Shown here: positions 24,159 through 36,329 of the stretch, piece after piece | How positions within the stretch are numbered: position 1 is the first letter of the stretch | How the letters are laid out: each line of letters opens with the position of its first letter | Origin: Lama glama | Taxonomy: Eukaryota | Length of the DNA: 64,000 nt | NCBI GenBank assembly: GCA_028534125.1 | Contig: CM052816.1 | Location: 48,548,001-48,612,000 of the forward strand | Reading direction: 5' to 3' | Notes under the pieces: generated by a model | Database searches by the model: none | The model's input: the letters and a program-made list of their open reading frames with translations, nothing else | What the model was told of the DNA's origin: nothing | Made by a program: the position numbers and the translations under genes

Positions 24159-25699
24159 AAATAAATAGAACACTTAACTTAGTACATTATAATTTCATGA
24201 AAATAGACTTAAATATGAATACTTATTTTATTATGGTTTATACATATACATATAATTATAATGTATCATTTAACGTAAGTTTTCCGTATTTATACTGGTC
24301 GATGGAAGAAGAAAAGTTTAATGATTTTTGAGTAAAACAAGTGATACATTAAATTTATCCTGGAGTTGGTTTTATCATTAGCATGTGGCCTTTTGTGTAT
24401 TATTATAAAATAAATTAATAGGGAGACACAAAAAGCCTATAATCTGGCATTTCTGCTCACCAAGTAAGCTGCTATTTTATGCTTAGTAATGTTCTTGAGA
24501 GTCACAAAAGAATATTGCAGAAACAAAACAAATCAATTAGGAAACTCATTTATAGAAGAAAATCTCCAATTTTATTTCCTATTGTGATGACCTGGGCTAT
24601 CCTTCTAGAGATACCAGAGTCAGAGTTTGTTACCAGATACCAGAGTTTGTTTCTTTTATGATACCTTAGCTCCAGTAGTGCATTCAGTTAGCAGGCAGTA
24701 TCTATATTATGATAACTTTAGTTTGCCCTGTTGTGATAAGTTTCATTTTATTGTACAAATAAAGCTGATAAAAAATGGCATTTTGCTGACAGATAAAATT
24801 TTGATTAATTGTATGTCACTTCAGTAAGATGATACAATGATTAGTTAAAGTAAGCTATTTATTTTAAAATTCTTATTTTTTCAGGGAAATCTTGAGTTAA
24901 TACAAAAATTTTAATCATGTTCTTCTCATTTTTTGTTAGTGCAGAGAATAGATAGCTTGTTAATAGATCACCATTATAGCACATAAGTCTGTAGAATGGT
25001 AAAAAAAAAATTACTGTAGAGATTAAAGAATTTTCACCAAATTGTGGCTGGTGATTGGACAAAAGAGAGAATAGCAGAATACGTAAGGTTTGTTCTATGC
25101 TTTTATGGAAAGAGAAATATGACTCCTAGTCCCGAGAACAGGAAATTTATAAAACTATCTTTCTTGGATTAATCTACCTTGTAATAGGAACACAGACTTG
25201 GTATTCTAATAAAAAGAGGTTTAAAAATTCTGGTAATTTTTATATGGTAAATGGTTTTCCTGATTATAAATTATTTGATGCTCATTCTGTTCTATGTGTC
25301 ATCTTCTATACTGACAAAAACTTGGACTGAGATCTTGAAATTTTTTTAGTAAACTCAGAGTTCTGATCTATAGCTAAAGACTCAAACATAGAACAAGAAT
25401 TTAGACTTTTTTATCCCTTTATATTTTCCACCAATTATTTTTGGTCATTCCTTGGGACTATTACTTTCAAATGAGCAGTGGCCTAAGTTTCCTAGTAGTA
25501 AATGCATGAATCATCCATCCCTAAAGAAAAGTAGGGTATCAATACTGTCTTCAAAACCTCTCCTGTTAAAATATATTTTAATAACAGCCTGTCTCTCTGT
25601 TGTTTCTCCAAACATAGTATCTGGATCATTCTTATAGGTATAAAGTATTTTATGTAATAAATGTGTTTATAAAAAATTTATGGGTAAGAATATAAAGCT

Positions 25700-26645
25700 C
25701 AGGAACCCACACTTATATAGTCAATAATATGGAGGCAATAATACGCAATGGGGAAAAAGAAACCTATTTAATAAATTATGTTGGGAAAATTGGACAGCTC
25801 TATGCAAAAGACTCAAACTGGACTACTCTCTCACACCAGTACAAAAATAAACCTGAAGTGTATTAAAGACTTAAATGTAAGACCTGAAGCCATAAAACTC
25901 CCAGAAGAAAACATCAGTAGAATGCTCTTTGACATCAGTCTTAGCAATATTTTGTTTTTGGGATATGTATCCTCAGGCTAGGGAAACAAAAGCAAAAATA
26001 ATCAAATGGAACTACATCAAACTAAAAAGCTTTTGCACAGCAAAGGAAACTATTAGCAAAACAAAAAGGCAACAGACTACTGAATGGGAAAAGATATTTG
26101 CAATATACCTGATAAGAGGCTAATATCCAAAGTATACAGTGAACTCATACAACTCAACATCAGAAAACCAAACAAGAATTTTAAAAAGGGTACATGATTT
26201 AAATTGACATTTTTCCAAAGAAGACATACAATGGTCAACAGGCAGATGAAAAAAAAATGCTCAACATTATTAATCATCAGGGAAATGCAAATCAAAACCA
26301 CAATAAGATACTACCTCACAACTGTCAGAATGGCTGTCATCAAAAAGACCACAAATAACGAATGTTGGCAAGGATGTTGAGAAAAAGGAACCACCATGCA
26401 CTGTTAATGGGAATGTGAATTGGTGCACCCACTACAGAAGCCAGTACAAAGGTTTCTCAAAAAATTAAAAATAGAACTACCATATGATCCAACGATTCCA
26501 CTCCTAGGTACTTATCCAAATAAAGCAATAATGCTAATTCAAAAAGATATGCACTCCAATGTTCATCACAGCATTATTTACAATAGCCAATATATGGAAG
26601 CAAGCTAAATGTATGGAAGAATGGATAAAGTGTTTTGTATGTATA
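25700..26645 (+). mobile_element. LINE-1 ORF2 3' fragment lacking the 3' UTR
   Basis: ORF track remnants '[24 protein letters not shown]', '[17 protein letters not shown]' and 'LKIELPYDPTIPLLGTYP'. Confidence 0.93.
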
Positions 26646-26654
26646 TATACAGTT

Positions 26655-27050
26655 GGTGATTCAAAGATAAGGATTCAAGTACATGTGCTTTATTTGAAGT
26701 GTGATCCTTAGAAACCTAGTAGAGGAGAGAATTAAAACAGAGAAGGGAAGGCCACAAATAAATAACGTGTGATCTAGGAAGTTGCAACGGTGGTTACTCT
26801 AGGGAAGTCTAGGAGTTACTACAAAACCGTAGAGCACAGATCCCAGAAACATCTCAAGCGAGAAGGAAGGGAAATGGATATCTGCACATCAACTTTCATC
26901 AGTTACTGTTTGAAAGGTGCTCTCTGCTCTGCTATGTACCTGGGCAGAGAGGCTTCTGCTTCCAGAAGAAGTCTTTACAAATATGAAAATAAAACATATA
27001 TTCTCCCTGATGGAGATGTGGAGAAAATAAATCAGTGAAGGGGATCTGGG
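26655..27050. mobile_element. Old MaLR LTR (MLT1I/J/K-like)
   Basis: 'agataaggattcaagtacatgtgctttatttgaagtgtgatcc...acagagaagggaaggccacaaataaa'. Confidence 0.6.
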
Positions 27051-27061
27051 AGTGCTGAGAT

Positions 27062-27470
27062 TTTCAGTTTTAAATAGAGTGGTCAGTGAAGGATTCCTCT
27101 CAGAAATGACATTTGAACAGAGACATGAAGAAGGGGAAGGAGTGACCTATGAAGGACCTGACAGTAAATGACCCTAGGCAGAGGATATATAAAGCTGACC
27201 TGGTTGCATAGTTCTAACAATGATACACAGATGATTATAATTGGTGCAAAGGAAGGAAGATGCATGTAAGAGAGAGAGGAATCAGAGCCTTTTCAGGTTT
27301 GAGCATAGAATTGACATAGTCATGCTTACAATTTAAAAGGAATACTCTAGCTGCTCTGTAATGAGCAGGAAGTGTAATAATTCAGGAAGAAATTATATTG
27401 GCTTTTATCAAAGTGGTAGTGGTAAAATTGGTGGGAAATAGTTTGATTATAGCCATATTTTAGGGAAGGA
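27062..27470 (-). mobile_element. L2 LINE fragment
   Basis: 'tttaaatagagtggtcagtgaagg..ctcagaaatgacatttgaacagagacatgaa' and 'tttaaaaggaatactctagctgct'. Confidence 0.7.
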
Positions 27471-28436
27471 GCATGAAGGGGCTGTCCGTAGATAGGAGCA
27501 TAGAAAACTTATCCATCCTAATGGAAGCTAAAGCAAAGTGGAGGGACACAGGTGCTGAAGTGAATGAAATGTGTGTGTGCTGGGGGAGGGGAGGAGGGTT
27601 AGGAGGTATATGGATTTTTCCTTCTATTTTCCCAGTGAAATATGAAACAAAGTTACTAGTTGATGGTGAAAAAATATGAAAGATATTCTGAAGTATAGAG
27701 GAGAAAGGGAAGTTATAAAATGGTTTCTAACAAAGTTGAAAGATTTAATTGGTTAGAGTATTGCTTCTTACTGTATTTATGATGAAGTGCAAGTTTTTGC
27801 TTGTTTGTTCATTTGTTTTTAATTTCCAATTTCTCATGAGCATCTAAAATGCAATAAAAATAAATTATTTGGAAGATGAAATAAAAGGCATACAACATAC
27901 AAATCCATTTTTATTAGTTTAAACAGATATTACTACTCTGTCAAATTGCTGTAACATTTTATAAAGGCTGATTATTGATTTCTCTACTTATCTTTATAAA
28001 ACACCAGGTTATAGAAGTGTGGAAGGTTTAGTAGGCAGACTAAGGTTCCACTTGACCTTATGAATTTTAAATATAAGTGCACTTTGATATCTTTCATATG
28101 TTTAATACTATAAATGACCAGAATCTTTGGCGTATATGTTAAAAATTTTTTACAGAATTTGGTATTACAATTCTGTTTCTAAGACTCATATAACTGAGTG
28201 AAGATAAATGTATGCAGATTTTTATTCAATGTGGATCTTACATGTGTAATATTTTATATAAGGATTTTTTTGGATAAATAAATGAATCATATAGTAGTTT
28301 CACTATAAATTCTATACTGTGTCACTATTTTATAAACAAAATATTCAAAAAGGTCATGTAACAGTGTTAAAAAAACAATTTGAAAAATACTAATTTAATA
28401 TAATACCCTTTTGTTTAACTAACTTACGTATTCAGA

Positions 28437-28609
28437 TTTTTCAATTGAAATTGGTCAGTTTATAATGTGTCAATTTATGATATACAGCATAATTTTTCAT
28501 TCTTACATATACATACATACATTCCTTTTCATACTCTTTTCATTATAGGTTACTATGAGATATTTAATATAGAACCCTGTGCTATACAGTAGAAACTTGC
28601 TGTTTAACT
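28437..28609 (-). mobile_element. Very short young LINE-1 3' end
   Basis: Reverse complement of the L1 tail seen at 14520-14660 ('ggtcagtttataatgtgtcaattt..ccctgtgctatacagtagaaacttg'); flanked by direct repeat tattcaga (28429-28436 and 28610-28617). Confidence 0.88.
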
Positions 28610-29849
28610 TATTCAGAAATTTTTGATAGTACATTATAATAAACAGGTAATCTCAGTGATTTAAGATTTGAAATCAATTGACTTTTTCTTGAATATTATA
28701 TTTAGTGTTGCAATATTCATGTTTTAACATTACTTCAACAGTACAGTTATATACACTGAGTTTTACAATCAACTCATATTGTAGCAAAATTCTTATTTTT
28801 TCATAAAACTACATTTTCTAAATTGCACATCCAGATAAGAAGAAATCCTTTTTTGTTAGAAGCTACAGAAGTTAGAATATTAAAAATCCAATTATGTGAA
28901 AAAAACAGAAATTGTTTTCCTAGTGATTCATACCTTTTCTAAAAAGACAGTATCAGATGCATTTAGTGAGAATTTTCATCTTTCATACTAACATGGCTCT
29001 GGTCTCTACAACAATCCTTTGGCAGTACAGAAAATTTTACTTTATTATCATTAAAACCTTAAGGCACTAGAACTGACCTGGAAAAGGTAAATGCAAAAAA
29101 TAAAAATCAATTCACTTCAGTATTAGTTTGTTCATATCCTAAAAGTTTTTCCTTTTGTTTACTTTTTAAGAAGCAGAGTACAAATATAACAGGGTAGAGG
29201 AGAAATGAGAATTCAGATACAGAACATATGAAGAATACCTGAAAATGAAATGCACTAATAAGAATCAAAATAAAACTGGTTTAAATAAGTGATAATTAAG
29301 GAGGAGATGAAAACCAATCTCCAGAAGGCAAATTTTGCTGTTTATTATTAGTTAAAAAGTCTTATTGTGCACTACCTTACTTAACCAAACTCTAATCCTT
29401 CTTCCAAAGATGGTAAAATCAAGATTCACAGTAGTTAGGTAAATTTCCTACAGTCATATAGCTGGCAAGTGATAAGCTGGACATTAAAACCAGTTTTGCA
29501 TTAATTCATTTCTAGACCTATTAACCATTGCTTAATACTCTAATGAGAAAACTAATGGTAGGTTTAAACACACCTAGTGGTAGAGGATTATTTTTAAATA
29601 ACTGGTAATAACAACAACAAAAACAGCAACAACAAAAATGACTTCCATTTATTAAGCCCTTAAAAATATTGGGCACATTCTAGGTGTGACATATACTTAA
29701 GTAATTTGATCATCAGAAAAATGCAGTTAGTTGGTGCTATTACTGGCATTTTTAGAAATTAAAACTGAATCGCTGAGAAGTTAAGTTATTCAAACTAAAA
29801 TGAATCTATATTTAAACATAGTTAAATTAATTAGTTCAAATAAGCCAGA

Positions 29850-29956
29850 CTGTTTGCTTTGGCAGCACATACACTAAAACTAGAATGATATAGAGAAGAT
29901 TAGTGCAGCCCCTGCACAAAGATGACATGCAAATTTATGAAGCATTCCATAGTTTT
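29850..29956 (+). pseudogene. RNU6: Full-length U6 snRNA retrocopy (5' part of a U6/L1 chimera)
   Basis: Colinear with the 107-nt U6 sequence, about 20 substitutions by manual count; CpGs decayed; ACAGAGA box reads ATAGAGA; lies within a TSD-bounded insertion. Confidence 0.96.
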
Positions 29957-30087
29957 ACTGTGTAGCACAGTGAATTATTGTAATAGCCTAAAATGGAATA
30001 TAACCCACAAAACAAAACAAAACAGAAAAACCCTGAACCAGTATGCTGTACACCTGAAACTAATGCAATATGTAAGTCAATAAAAAT
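29957..30087 (+). mobile_element. LINE-1 extreme 3' end fused directly to U6
   Basis: 'actgtgtagcacag..ttgtaatagccta..tatgctgtacacctgaaactaatgcaatatgtaagtcaataaaaataaa'; shared TSD aaataagccagact (29838-29851) and aaataaatcagact (30088-30101). Confidence 0.92.
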
Positions 30088-31154
30088 AAATAAATCAGAC
30101 TAAAACAAAGGTGATCTTACTCCAGAGCCCACACTTTCTTAACTGCCTAATATTGGTTCTGCAAGTATGAATGGATAATTTCAGGTACGTAAGTGAGGCA
30201 GATGAAGCACATATGGAAATTTTACCATATGTACTTATAAAATTAATTTATTGATTATTCATTGATTATTACTGTTTTATGTAATTTATACTGATTTTGG
30301 TGCAAAAATGATTACTATCAATTTACTTTTAAAGGGGTGCCTGTATGAAACAGCCCTATAAATCACTGCTCTTCAATATACCTTTGATAATTATTAATAT
30401 TATATATCTTTATAACATAAATGCAATTTTTCAGCATATCATTAGCTATGTGATTGGGCAGCGAAACCAAAAGAAGTTAAATTTAGTGTTGTTTCATCCC
30501 CAAAATGAAAAGGTGCAGCAAGTTCAGTAACATATGTTTTGCTTTGTTTTTGTTAGGACAAAATAGCAATGAATTCTCTAACATTTTATTAAAGAAAGGG
30601 TATTAATAATTAGTTTTATAAAATCATTATTTAAATGATAAGGATTTTTAATTCAGACAATTTAACATGTATATATACATTTGAATGGTAACATGAAGAT
30701 TTCTGCTCTCCAATGAAAGAAGCATAATTTCTCTAGAAATTTCCATAAGTGTATGCAGCAAATAAATTAACATTTATTCAAGGAAATCTAAAACACAAAG
30801 GGAATAGCAAGAGTCTACATCATCTGAAACACGGTCCACACCCTCCCTCTCATTCTTAGCTCAGCATGCTAGAAAATCCAATTCAAACAAGTGCAACCAA
30901 GATCTTCCTGTAGCTTGAAATTGAAAGCAACATTATTATCCTGAGAATTACAGGTTGCCAACATTTTATACACTCATACTCTGTCCCCCCATGCTTCAGT
31001 TTTAGAGCCTAAATTCCTGGAGAGTATATCCAAAGATTAGTGAATTTGTTCTTCCACTAAAATCCCCACTGATAGAGTAGTGTCTTTACCTCAGGGGTGG
31101 GACACCAGAAATGTTGTCCACCCAACTGTCCTCATTCCAGTTTGCTTATGGGAC

Positions 31155-31395
31155 AATGAAGGAAACTGGATCTTTATTTTACACAAAATGGAAAATTTAA
31201 GTCAGAATGGGTCAAAAAACTAAAGGTGAGGCCTAAAATGTAAAAGTCTTAGAAGAAAGCAGGGGAGAAGCATCATGACATTGAATTTGGAAAGGATTTC
31301 CTAGATATGACACCAAAAACACAGACAACAAAAGTAAAAATAGACAATTGGACCATGTCACCAAAGGACACAATCAACAGAGTGAAAATGCGTCT
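31155..31395 (+). mobile_element. LINE-1 ORF2 fragment
   Basis: 'cttagaagaaagcaggggagaagcatcatgacattgaatttggaaaggatttcctagatatgacaccaaaaacacagacaacaaaagtaaaaatagac'. Confidence 0.85.
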
Positions 31396-31829
31396 GTGAA
31401 AAACCCGGACAAGTTACTAGGATTTAAAAATAAGAAAGTACTTCCCTAATCTTAGTAATATGATATTTTATATACACATACACATATATACACACATACA
31501 TACTAGGAAGGAATTTTTTTTTAATAGAAATATCGCTTAAATGCATTTTTATTTTTCTCTTGTTCAAACTTAGGTTTAGATCCTTTTTTATTGAGTATTT
31601 AATATGAATTTAGTTTTCAGTTGCCCAGGCATTTCAAAACTCAAATAATATTATATAATCCATTATAATTATCATACTTATTTGCTGTTTTCTCATTATG
31701 AAGTTCATTGGATTTTAAGGACCTATTTGCAAGATAGGTTATGCAAATGATCTGTAAAACACACATTTCTGACAGTTAATTAGAAAATAAATTCTTCATT
31801 GCATCAGAAGTATTAATTAAATGACCAAG

Positions 31830-32130
31830 CTATTTATTCATTAAAAAATATATATAGCTCTACTTGTTATGGGATACTGTTCTTGGCATTGGGATACTAT
31901 ATGTGGTGAACAAATTTGAGTAGTTTCATGTCCCTTAATGAGCTAGCATTCCATTGGGGGAGACTAATAAATAACAAAGTCTTATAGACTGAATTTTATA
32001 CAGCAATTATTGGGAGAATAAAAAATAAATTAGAAATTGGGATTTTAAAATGTTGAGAAATGTGGTTGGAAATTTTGATAAGTTGATCAGTAAAAGAAAA
32101 GCCTCTCTGAGAAGAAACCTTATGGAAAAG
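31830..32130 (-). mobile_element. L2 LINE 3' end
   Basis: 'atttattcattaaaaaatata..actgttcttggcattgggatac..gtgaacaaa..cccttaatgagctagcattccattggggg'. Confidence 0.7.
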
Positions 32131-33042
32131 ATCCACCTTTATCTTTCCGTGTGTATCAGGTATCTTGTGTTTGTAACTATTACCAGTCATTTACTCTAAG
32201 TGGTCTTATTAGAAGTGAATAAATCTAAAACAGGTGAAACTCTGCTCTAATTTCTCATTTCCCTGTTTTTCTCTCTTTTCTCTCCCTCTCTCTCTGCCTC
32301 TTCCTTTCCGTCTCTCTATCATATTTCAGAACAAGCCACACTAGTTCTATTAAAATGTGACTCCATGTATGGAGCCACCTTCCTCTCAACTAAGAATTGC
32401 TAAAAATTCATTGTACGATTCTTATAACAGGGATTCACATGGCTTCTTTATAAACCACTGGATGGAAATTTCAAAGTTAAGTTTTGTTTTTTTGCTTTTT
32501 TGTAATATTTTAAACCTCATACTTCTTATTTTTCCATATTCTTCTATGGTTTTCTCTGCCATTTTCTTACTGTATCATGATCTGAAAACAGTTTACCCTA
32601 CCTACCCTCTGAGTAATTTACAACTGTGGATTAGAGTTTCCTAATCTGACAGCCTTATTGTATATAGACACCTCTTTATTTTCAGAGAGGCACGGGTGGT
32701 TCATTCTTCTTGAAATCAGAATAAAAATACATTTATGGCATGTCATCCTGTACTTCACAGTGAAATATTCACTCCTAGAAAAGCACCATATTCTACGTTT
32801 CTTCCCATTAAAAGCTTATAATCTAAAACAATGCTTTAAGCCCCTGGGAGAATTAAGCTTAATACTTTATATAAAGGATGTATACTATATAATATACAGA
32901 GACTGGGGGGTGGGAGGGAGTCAACACTCGCTCAGCTCATCTGTGACTAGTGGATGATTGGGAGATCCAGAGTCATTATTACATGGATTATAAATTAGTA
33001 TTGTGTTTGATGAAATAAACTCTTATTTTCTATGAAAGTAAA

Positions 33043-33480
33043 TGTATGCTGAATATGATCCTTCTCAAATCCTAACCCCTAGAATCTGAGAATGTTACAT
33101 GAAAAAAAAAAAAAAGACTTTGTAGATACGGTTATGTTAAGGCTCTTGAGATGTGGAGATTATTCTGGATTATCCAGATGGGCCCTAAATACAATCATAA
33201 GTGTTCTTATGAGACCCAGAGGGAGATTTAAAGTAAAGAGAAAGTCAGGTGACCACAGAGGCAGAGATTGGACTGAATAAGAATGCCTGTAGTCTCCAGC
33301 TGAAAGAATCAAGGAATGGATTCTCCCTTAGAGCCTCTGGAGGGAGAACAGCCCTTGTTTTTAACCCCAAAGATTAATTTTTGACTCTGGTCTCCAGAAT
33401 CGGAAAGACAGCAAATGCCTGTTGCTTTAAGCCACTGAGTTTTTGGTAACTTATTACAGCAGTTACAGGAAAATAATACA
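33043..33480 (+). mobile_element. MaLR solo LTR (MLT1C/D-like)
   Basis: 'cttgagatgtggagattattctggattatccagatgggccctaaatacaatcataag', 'ggattctcccttagagcctctggaggga', terminus 'ttacagcagttacaggaaaataataca'. Confidence 0.92.
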
Positions 33481-35456
33481 GTACATATGTACTGAAGCAT
33501 CAAAGCTGAAATAAATGTTTTAAATTAAATGCACTGATAGGATAACAAATTGGCTGTTTTCCTCTAGGGTTAAGGGTTCGGTACTCAAATAACTTTATAA
33601 GCTACATTTTGATGTTTATGTATTAATGGGCTATTTTGTAAGTAGAAACAACCTACTTTGGCACTCTGCCTTAAATGATACATGTGTATTAATAATGTTA
33701 TAAAATTTTAATTTTTAATTTATTTTTTCTAGCGAGGCCCATGAGAAGATCCAATTTATGCAGAGATCTAGTTTTAAGTCATATACGGAATTTTAGAACA
33801 TGCCTCAATTGTTGTTGAATTAATATAGAAAAATGCAAATATAATATTATTTATTAGTAAAATATATTTGGATCTCAATGCATTTAAAGGATGGATCAGA
33901 ATTTTTTTCTTTCTAAGATCATGCTGGGTGAAAACACTGTGTTCTGTAATTAACACCACACTATTTTAGACCTGGAAATGTCCTCAAAGGACAGTTTTTA
34001 AGTCTCATTTTATAAATAAGGAAAACACAACCTACAGAAACTGTGTAGACTCTACATATTTAATTGATTTGCTGTAGGTAAAAGAATGAAAAAATTCATA
34101 ATAGCATAATACTGCACTTTGAAAGATACAGTTTTAAAGCATATAAACATAAAGTCAAAATAAATGCAGCAGCTCCCTATCTAGGTTAGGTAGCAGTTGA
34201 TCTTTGTGTTCATGATAGACTTTCATAGATTCATCAGAGATCCTTCTAATGCAAAGAATTACACAAATAGGATTTGTTTATATGGAGATGGTATATAAAT
34301 GGTGCTAAAAACTGTTAGGAGAGGCTTATCACTTCATTAAATGAAAATGGAGTAACATGAAGTAAAAATTAACATGAGCTTCACTCTATGAATGTCTCAC
34401 CTTTGCAGAAAGAAAGAAAATCTGACTGGAAAGGTAAATGTGTTGCTCTGTCTCACCAACCCCTACTGTTTCCTAAATTCAAGTCCTTAGGTTGGGACCA
34501 ATAAGAAAAGAGAAGAACTCTCATTCCCTCTCAGAGACTGGACTGTGACACAAAAAGAGCATGTTTCCCTACATCTTTTCTATGCTTCCATCTGTCTGCA
34601 GCCAAACTGAGACTTTAGGTCACAATAACCACTAAGAAGAAAGTGAGAGTAGTGGAGGAGTGGCTGAGGGGAGGGAAGAGGGAGGCTATCTGGACATATC
34701 ATAATAAAATTTTAGAGTTTTTAATGCCACATGGATAAGATATTCTCGGGAGAACAGAAGAGAACTCAGAGAACATTTCATAGAATTACCTTTTTTTCTT
34801 TTTTTTTCTTTTTTTTTTTTTTTTGCTGTCAGTTCAAGGTTGCAGAATTCCAGGAGTTAGGAATGTCATAATCCCCTAGCCCTACCAAAAAACAAACAAT
34901 GCTAGATATAACATTTTCTTGATGTTGAGAGGAAGTCTGTGGAGAAAAATGAGATGGTTTATATAACCCAAATCTAATTTATTCCAACCAGAAATAGGAA
35001 TTGTTAAGCATTGAAGGAAAAGGAGAAGATGAAACATGACTTTCAATTGGGGTATAAAGATGAAGGAGTACAATGAGGGCAAGTAACTGTTGTAAGTAAA
35101 TTTTTCATGATTCATTAGACAGCTGTCCAAAGTAAAATCACTTTCCTCAGAAAAGTAAGATTTGTTCATGCTTACATGGAGTGAAAAGATTACCAGTCTT
35201 GGAAACCAACTACAGAAGGAAAAGAGAAGTCCAATTATACTAAGCTCTACTGAGCATGGTTTTGGCTCAATTACGCTTTCCATTTGATGCTTTTTCACAA
35301 CCCATTTCTAATTTTGGGTACTAAAACTGAAAGTATGAATGAGAGCAACTAAGTCAGAGTTTAGGTTGGAAAAGTTAAATGTGTAAGCATATACGTTTAA
35401 ATACTCTTTACCCATTATACTCTTAGAAAGTGGTGAGGACTTATTCATAGGAGGAA

Positions 35457-35964
35457 GTATCAGTTTCCTATTGCTGCTGTAACAAATCCCCACAAACCTA
35501 GTGGCTTAATAAAACACAAACTACTATATTATAGTTCTGGAGGTCAGAAGTCCTAAATTGCTCTTAGGGGACTAAAATCAAAGGTTATCTTCCTTCTGGC
35601 AGCTCTAGAAGAGAATCTGTTCCTTGCCTTTTCCATGTTTTAGTTGCTGCCTGCATTTCTTCGCTCTTGGCCACATTGCTCTAACCTCTGCTCCCATTAT
35701 TACACCTGCTTTCCTTCTGCATTCTGTTGTCACATCACCTTCTCTGCCTTTCCCGATCCTCCTGCATCATTCTTACAAGAACCCTTGTGATGACATTGGA
35801 TTCACCCAGATAATCTAGGATAATCTCCCTTTGTCAAGATCCTTAACTGAATCACATTTTGAATATCCCTTTTGCCCTGTGGATTAACATATTTACAGGT
35901 TTCAGAGGATAGGATATGGACACCTTTGGGAAGGGAATAGTGGGTGATTATTCAGTCTACCACT
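35457..35964 (-). mobile_element. MaLR solo LTR (MLT1C/D-like)
   Basis: 'cagtttcctattgctgctgtaacaaat', 'gttctggaggtcagaagtcc', 'cccagataatctaggataatctccc', end 'ttattcagtctaccac'. Confidence 0.92.
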
Positions 35965-36329
35965 GTGAACTTCATTAGGTAGAAATGGATAATATGTATG
36001 TAAACAACATGAAAATGTAGGAATACTTCTGCATAAATATAAGAGCATAGCAATCAAAATATGACAAACAGGTGAAGCATCTATATGGAAGACAATGCAA
36101 CTTTAAAAAAAATAAAGATTTCTTCAATTTTTGTACAACAAAATTACTTTAAGTCTGATTTTTTAAAAGCTAAGATAAAATGAAACTGAAAAATAAAATA
36201 TCCTACTTAAAGAAATTTTGAGCAAAAAGCATCATAAAAGGTACAATGTGGTAAGCTGAAGACACATAGTGAATATCCTTTAATGAACCAGTTAAACATA
36301 TACACACACATTCACACACACTCACACAC

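Larger units (their letters stand above)
29625..30150 (-). mobile_element. MIR SINE split by the U6/L1 insertion
   Basis: 'catttattaagccc..gggcacattctagg..attactggcatttttagaaattaaaactgaatcgctgagaagttaagtta' upstream and 'ctccagagcccacactttcttaac' downstream. Confidence 0.6.

Noticed and set aside
24609..24651. Short repeated 'agataccagagt' and 'cagagtttgtt' units as an array
   Set aside because: Only a small local duplication; no regular repeat-spacer periodicity, and no CRISPR-like array anywhere in the window
29850..29956. Functional U6 gene
   Set aside because: About 20 substitutions including the ACAGAGA box, L1 tail and TSD, and upstream sequence is MIR-derived rather than a U6 promoter
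34882..35298. 138-aa ORF
   Set aside because: No recognisable domain or splice context; composition is typical of chance ORFs in AT-rich DNA
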